Below are positions 1-9,176 of a stretch of 22,359 bases of DNA, in pieces. Position numbers and translations under genes: made by a program. The stretch comes from Geosiphon pyriformis uo1 (lineage: Eukaryota; Fungi; Glomeromycota). Location: NCBI GenBank assembly GCA_016748015.1, contig JAAOMT010000332.1, positions 1 to 22,359 of the forward strand, in the 5' to 3' direction. Under the pieces are notes generated by a model. It did not search any database. It saw only the letters and a program-made list of their open reading frames with translations, and was not told the origin of the DNA. Each line of letters starts with the position of its first letter. The first letter of the stretch is position 1.

Positions 1-3
1 TCT

Positions 4-344
4 CCTAACCCTAACCCTAACCCTAACCCTAACCCTAACCCTAACCCTAACCCTAACCCTAACCCTAACCCTAACCCTAACCCTAACCCTAACCCTAACC
101 CTAACCCTAACCCTAACCCTAACCCTAACCCTAACCCTAACCCTAACCCTAACCCTAACCCTAACCCTAACCCTAACCCTAACCCTAACCCTAACCCTAA
201 CCCTAACCCTAACCCTAACCCTAACCCTAACCCTAACCCTAACCCTAACCCTAACCCTAACCCTAACCCTAACCCTAACCCTAACCCTAACCCTAACCCT
301 AACCCTAACCCTAACCCTAACCCTAACCCTAACCCTAACCCTAA
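4..344 (+). repeat. Canonical telomere (CCCTAA)n, i.e. TTAGGG on the other strand; left chromosome end
   Basis: 56 perfect CCCTAA units at 9-344 plus a partial unit, at the window start with the C-rich strand 5', as expected for a left end. Confidence 0.97.
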
Positions 345-848
345 CCCTATCCCTATCCCTAACCCTAACCCTATCCCTATCCCTATCCCTATCCCTATCC
401 CTATCCCTATCCCTATCCCTATCCCTATCCCTATCCCTATCCCTATCCCTATCCCTATAAATATCCCTATCCCTATAAATATCCCTATCCCTATCCCTAT
501 AAATATCCCTATCCCTATCCCTATCCCTATCCCTATAAATATCCCTATCCCTATCCCTATAAATATCCCTATAAATATCCCTATAAATATCCTTATCCTT
601 ATCCCTATCCCTATAAATATCCCTATCCCTATCCCTATAAATATCCCTATCCCTATCCCTATAAATATCTCTATCCCTATAAATATCCCTATCCCTATCC
701 CTATCTCTATCCCTATAAATATCTCTATCCCTATAAATATCCCTATCCCTATAAATATCCCTATCCCTATAAATATCCCTATCCCTATCCCTATAAATAT
801 CCCTATAAATATCCCTATAAATATCCCTATAAATATCCCTATCCCTAA
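345..848 (+). repeat. Telomere-variant repeat array (CCCTAT, AAATAT, rare CTCTAT/CCTTAT)
   Basis: Unbroken 6-bp register. 15 consecutive CCCTAT at 369-458, then CCCTAT interleaved with 19 AAATAT units. Ends with one canonical CCCTAA at 843-848. Confidence 0.93.
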
Positions 849-1728
849 TCACTTTCACAATATCAAACAAGAAACATCTAAAACTGTTATAACCTATCTT
901 AGAAAATTTAACAAACTTCTCAGACAAATCCAACAATTGGAAACCAATGACTACTATTCTAATGCTCAAATTCTGGATCAGTTTATAGCAGGGTTAAAAG
1001 ACAAACTGATTAAGAAAGTCTGTTCACATGCTCTAGCAGACTTAGCAACTGCTATTAGACATGCAAAGAGCTATAAAATGACAATGAAAGAAGCAAATCA
1101 CACCAAGCTTGTAAACCTTGCAATTGGAAAAACCAGCTTAGCAGCTGAAGAGAAAATAAACCAACTCACAAAAAAGGTTGAAAGCTACTTCACAAACTAA
1201 CAACAACAGCAACAACAACCACAAAGATATCAACTTCCACAACAATGCAACCAAAACAATTTTGGATCACCATCCAACAACCAATCTCAAAATTGTCATT
1301 ATTGTGGAATTCCAAGACACTGGAAACGAGATTGTAGGAAATTACAAAGAGACCAATAAAACAGAAGTAATCAATGTTATTTTTCACCACAACAATCTTA
1401 TTACCAATCTCTACCATCAACCTATTATTCACTAAGACCACAAAATCAAAACAGTTACTATCCACTAGCTCCACAATTAATGCAGCAACAATATTAGCAA
1501 CCTTTACCAATTCAGCCATATCAAATACCACCCACTCAACAATATCAAGTATCAGCAAGAAGATTGGTTTAACATAACCAATTCACACCCCAAAATCAAT
1601 TGCAGAGTAACAACAACAGAATCAATTCAAATAACCAGTTGGTTCCCCGAAATTCTGGTCAGCAAAGATCCAATCACTATCACACTCAATTCAGTTATCT
1701 TACAATACCAGAAAAATCGGATTTTTAA
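847..1728 (+). pseudogene. gag: gag of element A (capsid C-terminal half, Q/N-rich linker, CCHC zinc knuckle), N-terminus missing
   Basis: Frame 1: NHFHNIKQETSKTVITYLRKFNKLLRQI...ILDQFIAGLKDKL (capsid-like) and knuckle CHYCGIPRHWKRDC at 1294-1335. Internal stops present. Confidence 0.88.
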
Positions 1729-1899
1729 CAAACTGCACTTTCTGAAGATGAAGTTGCAGCACCAAAATCAAACCCTTTTAACTACACCATTTCATCAGCT
1801 CAAATTGCCCAAAATGCCAATTTGTCAGATATATTTCTATTTGAATTTAAAGCAAATGAATCACCATTTCTGCTTAGTAATGCAGCAGTTAATGAACAG

Positions 1900-2292
1900 A
1901 AAGCAATTACTGCTATGTACACAGAAGCTACAGTAGAAGGAAAACCCATTCGCTTAATCTTAGATAATAGATCGGCTGGAAGTATCATTACTTACTAGCT
2001 GATGCAACAACTCAAACAAAATATAGACAGACCAGCTCAAACAGTTATTGTCACAGCTGATAGTATAAAGAAGACTCCAGTAGAAGAAATTGATGATTTT
2101 TCCTTTACAATTGATGGAATCACTATTCCAGTTAAAATTCTTGTTATGGATGCACTCCAATACCAAGCTCTAGTCGGAAATGATTGGCTTCTCAAGGCCA
2201 ATACAAATCTGAACTGGAAAACTCAAGAACTTAAAATCTCATACCAAGGACAATATACTATAGTATCTGCAACCTGTGGTATCTTTAAAAAA
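1900..2292 (+). pseudogene. Aspartic protease (retropepsin) domain of element A
   Basis: Frame 1: VEGKPIRLILDNRSAGSII (decayed LDSGS active site) and ALVGNDWL flap-closing motif. Confidence 0.88.
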
Positions 2293-2337
2293 TGATCAGA
2301 AAAAGTTCCAGTATTTGAATTTGAAGAAGAGAAGAAA

Positions 2338-3160
2338 ATGCCACTCACTGAAACCTACATGGCTCTTGAATTACCATCTAATTGGGTTAAGGAAACAGAA
2401 CAAGAGATTTTCGAAGAATCAAGAGGATGGAAGAAAGTTAGATATTCCACACCAGAACCACAAAAAGAACCATCATACATTCTACTAAAATACAAAGATT
2501 GCAAAAAAAAGCTTTCATCTATGGAAGCCTGTATTTCCCCAGAAGAGGAATACAAAACTCGCACTTGCTACTTCTACAAGGCATGCCATAAAGAACAATT
2601 TAGATCCCCAAAGAGAAGTGGAAAATGGGACAAAACTCCTTGCCTTACTTGTGGAGAAAGGCTACCAGAAGAATGCAATTAGATTGATATAGCAATGAAA
2701 AGAGGAGTATGTAATCAAACCTGTCAATATGCTCTATCAATTTTGAAAAAAGTCAGAAAATGAACACCATTTGATGCAGCATACAACAGTGCTCTTAATA
2801 AACTTTACTACTATCCTCATGATGCTGAAATGATTTTTGACCTAGCAATAGCATTGATCAATAGAGCCACCCAAAAAGATATCTGCCAAATGAAAGAAAC
2901 TGAATACATTGAGTATACTATGGAATTAGCTAGATTTGATTATGAAGATGAAGTAGAAACCTACCACCAAATTGCAAGCCACATATACCCGACTTAAGAA
3001 GCTCAAATTCAACAATTAGAGCAAATGAACATTCAATTGTGTGAAGAATGCATCATGCTTTGTGATGACAAATGGTGTTCAAAATGCTATGTTCTTAGCA
3101 TTCCTCTGCCAGAGGAGAATGATGAAAATGAAATCGAATTTGGAGTATTTGAACTAGTAA
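2338..3160 (+). pseudogene. Cys-rich domain of unknown function in the element A polyprotein, between PR and dUTPase
   Basis: Same frame as PR. Clusters CYFYKAC, CLTC, CNQTC and CEEC-x3-C-x4-CSKC. Confidence 0.55.
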
Positions 3161-3206
3161 AAAACTACCAACCACCCCCATCTATCTCCTTGAAAAGCAA
3201 CTATCT

Positions 3207-3639
3207 CTACAATTTAAATATTTTGACAACTATAGCCAAGGAATCAGACCAAAAAAAGCACACAAAATTGATGCCAGATATAACCTAAGATACCCAGAAA
3301 AAAATACTTTAGTTCTCCAACCAAAGTCTTTGACAAAAATCAATCTCAAAATCACTCTTAAAATTCCACCTGGAGCAATAGTTCAAATTACCTCCAGATC
3401 ATCATTGGCAAGCAAAGGGATCAATATTAGAGGAGGAGGTATAGATACAGAATACACTGAAGACATTACCATCATGTTGTAAAATAAAACAGAAAAATCA
3501 TTTAAGATTGAACATGCTGAAAAAATTGCTCAAGCAATTTATCTACCCTTAATCAATATTTTGGGTCTACAATCAGTTAACAACAGAGAACAATTGGAAA
3601 AAAGTGAAATTGGAACTCAAGGTTTTTGGTTCAACTGGA
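3207..3639 (+). pseudogene. dut: Trimeric-type dUTPase domain of element A
   Basis: Frame 3, not in the ORF track. All five motifs are recognisable: DARYNL (I), SRSSLASKG (II), GGGIDTEYTEDI (III), EKIAQAI (IV), SEIGTQGF/GSTG (V, 1-nt insertion near 3627). Compensating frameshifts near 3160 and 3627 imply it was in the pol frame. Confidence 0.9.
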
Positions 3640-4149
3640 TGATTTACAGTTCCAGTAAACATAGTCCTTAAAATACAAAATGAATCTCACCAGATTCTTT
3701 AACTTCTATAACCAATTACCATTTCACCTTTTGGAGAACATCACGAAATTTACACTTGCTCAAAACCCACTACTACCCAACAAATCTTTGAATCCAATGA
3801 ACAAATCTGTTTAAAGCATGAAATTTCAATTCCAAACGTTTATATTCCCAAAGGAATGAAAAAATTTTGAGTTATATTCTACAATCCCAATAATTACCCT
3901 ATTGTTTTATTAAACAAATTAGAGATTGGAATCATACACATCAATATTTTTCAAGATAAAAACCCTCAAATTGTCTCTAATTTTATCAAAATTGTAAGAC
4001 ATACTCTACTCCCAAATCCAAATATCATTCCCATCACTGAAAACTATCATCTTTTAGAAGAAAAACTCTCTCGTATCAACATGGGTCCCTTAAAACCTCA
4101 ACAACAAAGACAATTAAAACAATTGATAACTGAATTTGCAGATATATTT

Positions 4150-5487
4150 GCAAAAGACAACAATGATCTGAGAAAAACAGATATGGTTTAACATCCGATC
4201 CATATAGAAGATGCTCCACCAAAATGTTAGCAAGCTTACAGAGTGCCACTTGCCAGCCACCAATTTATCAGAGAAGAAGTCCAGAAAATGCTCAATAACA
4301 AATTGATTCAACCATCAAGAAGTCCTTGGGCCTTACCAGTAGTCCTTGTTAAAAAAAAAAATAGAAAAATCAGATTTTGTGTTGACTATTGCCAATTGAA
4401 CAGTGTAACAATTGGAGATACCTACTCTCTTCCAAGAATTGATAACATGCTAAATGCTTTAGGAAAAACCAAGTTTTTCTCAACTTTAGACTTGGAAAGT
4501 GGATACTAGCAAGTCGAAATGAACCCAAAAGACTGATCCAAAACAGCATTCACCACTTAAGGAGGAAACTATGAGTTCAATGTTATGCCTTTTGAATTCT
4601 GCAATACACCAGCAACATTTCAGCGACTCATAGATGTTGTATATAAAGGGCTTTTGTGACAATTAGTAGTTGTTTATCTTAATGACACTGATGTATACTC
4701 ACCAAGCTTTGAAGCCCATCTCATTCACCTGCGAGAAGTTTTTCAATGATTACGGAAAGCAGGATTAAAGTTAAACATTAAAAAATGTCACTTTGGAAAA
4801 ACAAGCTTGATCTTTCTTGGACACATAGTTAGTAAAGATGAAGTCAAATCAAATCCAGGAACAATTAGTGCTGTCAAAAACTTTCAAACTCTCAGAAATA
4901 CCACAGAACTACAAGGATTTGTAGGATTAGTCTCTTACTATTGAAAATTCATAAAAGAAATCTCAGAAATTGCCAAACTACTCAATTATCTTACCAACAA
5001 AAACATGCTATACAAATAGACTGAAGAACAACAAAAAGCTTTTGAAACTCTCAAAACAAAATTAACAACAGCTCCAGTTCTTGCTTACTCAGACTTCAAC
5101 AAATGGTTCTAATTAGCCACTAATGCTTCACACATAGCATTTGGTGCCATCTTATCACAATTGGATGAAAATAGACAAGAACAAGTCATTGTCTATGCTA
5201 GTAAAACACTCAAACCAACAGAATTAAAATATGGCTCAACTGAATTAGAAGCTGCCACAGTTATCTGGGCTCTTAAACATTTTCAACAATATCTGAAGAA
5301 TGGAAAAGAATTTAACATCATAACTGACAATATTGGTCTCAAATGGCTCAATAAAAAAAAAATTGAACAAAGTGCCAAACAGTCTTGATGAAATGACTTC
5401 TTAGCAGACTACAAATATATTGTACACCACAAACCAGAAAAAATACACACTAATGTTAACAGCCTCTTAAGGATGAGACAATATTAA
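4150..5487 (+). pseudogene. pol: Reverse transcriptase and RNase H of element A
   Basis: Frame 1: PSRSPWALPVVLVKKK, RFCVDY, FSTLDLESGY*Q, VYLNDT (YLDD to YLND, 4675-4686), LATNASHIAFGAILSQ, YGSTELEA, IITDN, HTNVNSLLR, stop at 5485-5487. Confidence 0.95.
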
Positions 5488-5543
5488 TACTAACATCAAC
5501 ACCAACAAACTTAACAGCAGAACAAACAACAAAATTAATAACA

Positions 5544-6929
5544 ATAGATCCAGAAAACTACAACAACATCAAAAACTATTTGGAGACTTTCACCATGTCA
5601 GGAAATTAGTCCCCAAGTGAAAAACATTGATTACAACACCAATCCAAACAATATTTTATACACCACAACAAAATCTATTACAAAAATCGTAAAAACCCAA
5701 ACCAACCACTCAAATTAGTACAGGAAAATAAAAAAGAAACAATTTTATATAACATGCACACAGATCTATCTTCAGCACATTTGGGAAGAGATGGAACAAT
5801 TCAAAGAACTTTTGAACATTATTTTTGGCTTCACATGCAAAAAAACATTCAACAATATGTAGAATCTTGTAATAGTTGTCAAAAAAGAGAAGGAACTCAC
5901 CCCACAGAACCTTTAAATCCAATCAAAGTTGGACAACCATTTGACAGAGTTGAAATTGATTTAGTCGGACCATTACCTATCACAACCCAAGGAAATCGCT
6001 ATATTGTAGTAGCAGTAGATTATCTTACCAAATGGCCTAAAGTTAGAGCCATCCAAAGAGCAGATACAAAATCAGTAGCAAATTTCATCTATAAAGACAT
6101 TATTTGTAGACATGGATGTTCAATTGAACTCTTATCTGATCAAGGAACACATTTTGTAAACAACTTAATACAAGAAATTTGTGAACAATTCAATGTCAAA
6201 AGATCTCTATTATTGTCTTATCACCCTCAAATAAATGGATTTGTAGAATGGTTCAACAAAACATTGTGTGAATTATTGGCCAAAGTCTCAACAGATTTTG
6301 AGCAGGAATGGGATATCTTTATTCCATTAGTGTTACTAGCATACAGAACACTAAAACAAGATACTACGAAACACATACTATTTGACCTTACTTATGAAAA
6401 GACAGCAACATTACCAATTAATTTCACAGTAAAAACATATCCAGTGCAACCAATCAATGAAAAAAACTTTCAAAAAACACTTCAAAGAAGGGCCTACACT
6501 CTTCTCAGTACACTGGAAGGAAAAAGAAGGATACCAGCAACTCACATTGAACATTCTCAAGCTCAACAAAAAAAAAGACATAACAACAAATTACCACCCA
6601 TTATCAACGAATTTAAAGTTAGAAATAAAGTTTTCTTACACAGAACTAAGACTGAAAAACAATGGAGTGGAAAATTTGAAAACAAATGGGATGAACCATT
6701 TTATATTCACGAAATTCTAGGCAATAGATCATACAAGTTAAGACTTGATGATAAAATACTAGCAAAAGTTACACATAAAGACAAATTGAAACACTATTAT
6801 TCCAGAAACAATTCTAAAACATTAATTTCACAAATTGGTACACATTCTCCTTTAATAAATCCTGAAGATATTCCCCGAAATTTAGAACCAATAATTATAA
6901 TAAAACAACAACCAAACTTGAACACTTAA
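5544..6929 (+). pseudogene. Integrase of element A, in its own reading frame
   Basis: Frame 3: HHCC finger (HTDLSSAHLG...CNSC), IDLVGPLP, VDYLTKW, SDQGTHF, YHPQINGFVEWFNKTL, GPF-like KWDEPFYI. The N-terminus begins ATA-GAT-CCA (probable decayed ATG) at 5544. Confidence 0.93.
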
Positions 6930-7073
6930 ATTTTACAATAATTCTTTAATAAAACACAAAGACAAAAAATAGTAAATAATTACAAAAAACACCCAAACCT
7001 AAAAACAAATAAAAACTCCATATCTAAAAATAATTTTCTTTATTCTCCCTTTTCATAATTAGTCAATTTTATT

Positions 7074-7781
7074 ATGATTGTTCTCCAAAATATTCAACAA
7101 ATATTTCAAAAATTAATGTTAGTCTTGAAAACACTTCCTAACTTATCCATAACGATTAATGAAAGTCAAATTAATTACATTCAGAAAGAAACCACAGTCC
7201 CAATAGTAAATTATTTACAGAACTATCACTCCTACAGAAAAAAAACAAGAAGTCACTCTGAAAATAAGTTACCAAGACTTTTAAAGCAAGCACTAGAAGA
7301 AAATCTTTTAATTGCCCCTATTAACATTCCACCAAATACTACAATACAACAAAAACTTCTACTACTTCTCAATAAACAGAACAATAAACACACCCTTATC
7401 TATAAATACTTTCACATTGGAAAGACACTTTATGAACGAAAACTGGAACTTGAAACAACAAATCTCACTCTTGAAGCTATACAAAAACAAATTTATAATG
7501 AATTTAAAACAGCAGCTGGACTAACAAACACTCACTACAAACTTAAAGCAGCTTTTAGACTCTATAATTTGTTTAATACTTGTGAAAATGATCTACAAAA
7601 TTCAATACTGCAACCAATGAAAGTCCAATACATTGGCAAACTCACAGAACTGAAATTTTAACAATTTTCAGACCAGATTACTTCAATTATTTTGGATCAC
7701 TATCTTAATATCACAGATAATGCTTGGACTTTAATGGAGCTCAGTCTTAAGGAGAAGATTATGTTACCAGTAGAATTTTAG
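7074..7781 (+). pseudogene. Extra ORF of element A at the env position, unknown function
   Basis: 195-aa open frame 7074-7661, then TAA and a further 39 in-frame sense codons through the PPT into the LTR. Shares motifs with the ORF at 20621-21277. Confidence 0.7.
7749..7758 (+). other. Polypurine tract of element A
   Basis: AAGGAGAAGA, 3 nt before the LTR TG. Confidence 0.7.
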
Positions 7782-8730
7782 CTATTAATTAGCATGAAAT
7801 TACCTTTATAAATCCTATAATTAATTAGTATATTAATATCATTTCAAATTATCATTTATTATTTAATCAATTATCACATATTACGATTCAATTAAATAAT
7901 CCAATTAGTATAACAGAAAGTAGAATGATCAAATTACACAATACCCTGAACTTTGTAACATTCAAAACTTCGCCAAAATTTATAGAAATTCGCCAAAATT
8001 ATGAATAGTTTACCCAAATTAATCAATAGTTCAGCGAAATAACTTGTAATTCATCAAAATGTATTTTTAGTTTGCCAATATTTGAGCAAAGAGAAAAAGT
8101 GCAAGTTCATAGACTAGTACTACAACAAGTTATATAAAAGAAGAGCTTTTTTCTTTAAAGAAATATATCTTACTTTAGATTTATTACTTAGAATTATTCC
8201 TATACACACAAAAAGAAATTAATATTAAATAATTTGAAAAACCAAATTTTTTAATTATTGCACTTGAAAAATCCCTAAAACCCAACTAATGTTTTGAAAT
8301 TAATTAGCTACCAATTTCAGTAAACTGTTAGTAACTTCAGGCCTGAATAGAAAACGTTTCCCTTGACAGAATTCAATTTCTTTTATATTTCTTTTATTTT
8401 CTTTTATTTTCTTACTATAATTATTAGGGTAGCCTACAGACAAGATTCTTGTAAAAGAGTTGACTTTCACAGCAAAGTAACTACACATTTTTAGTAAGCT
8501 TCCAGACAAGCAATTTCTGAGAAAGAGTTGACATTCACTGCAACATAACTACATAAAGTAACTGGCACTGAATTGGCCATTCTATTTATAAGCCCACCAG
8601 TTCAAATTATAGGAGATAATTTGAAGATAAATTCAGTTATTGGAGGTTCAACTACTTCTAGAAAACGTGAATTTGCAACCAACAGACATTTACAACATTC
8701 AAGAAAAGAGACCAAAAACCTCTGGTAACA
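7762..8730 (+). repeat. 3' LTR of element A (969 bp)
   Basis: Perfect 9-bp terminal inverted repeat TGTTACCAG...CTGGTAACA. Preceded by the PPT, with a homologous decayed copy ending at 14193. Confidence 0.92.
8131..8139 (+). promoter_or_regulatory. Candidate TATA box of LTR A
   Basis: TATATAAAA about 370 bp into the LTR. The decayed copy has TGTATAAAA at the equivalent site. Confidence 0.45.
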
Positions 8731-9176
8731 CCACCAATGACTGTGAATGAACTAGAATTGGCTGCTTTAGAGATCAAGAAGTTGATAAAAGAAGCTTGGC
8801 TAAAATGTGTATTAACAGAAGCACCAGTATACAGGCCCAAGATTGTAACTGAAAGCTTGTCTTTAAATAAAAAATGAACAGAAATCAGCTGACCAGGAAT
8901 TTTGTTCACCTTTGAAACATGCTGAGCCAAAGAACTGTTCATAATAATGGCAACTCCAGAACCAAAAAAACCCACACCCAAACCAGAAATGAAAATCCGA
9001 ATTCCATCAAACTTATTTATAATCCAAGATCTAATATTAGATCTCAATTTGGTTTCTGTAACAATTAAAACCATATTTCCTAATTCCTTATGCCAACAAA
9101 CAATGTCTTCCTGCTTTGCAGGGACATTTATACCTCTATTATTACATGTAGCAAATTTCCAAACTAAATTACTCAT
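8731..9176 (-). pseudogene. LINE ORF2 N-terminus: apurinic-like endonuclease (EEP fold), truncated
   Basis: ATCNNRGIN (T-x-N-V-R-G), VTETKL, GSGVAII, ILGLYT, and TVIGG cut just before the expected DFN by the LTR. Confidence 0.9.

Larger units (their letters stand above)
849..8730 (+). mobile_element. Ty3/gypsy LTR retrotransposon A, 5'-truncated and decayed
   Basis: Order is gag-PR-dUTPase-RT-RH-IN-extra ORF-PPT-LTR (RT-RH before IN is the Ty3/gypsy order). The 5' LTR, PBS and gag N-terminus are absent. Confidence 0.95.

Noticed and set aside
1-1200. Frame 1 is stop-free from base 1 through the telomere (Pro-Asn, Pro-Ile, Ile-Asn repeats) into gag
   Set aside because: There is no ATG or promoter. 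An open frame is expected from hexamer repeats, and phase agreement with gag has about a 1 in 3 chance.
1178-2564. Alternative-frame and minus-strand ORFs over gag/PR (e.g. 1190-1558 minus, Val-rich)
   Set aside because: They are by-products of CAA-rich gag sequence. The motif-bearing frame is frame 1.
6780-6929. Chromodomain at the integrase C-terminus
   Set aside because: Both integrases end shortly after the GPF/SH3-like region (LEPIIII, WLPVVVI) with no chromodomain motif.
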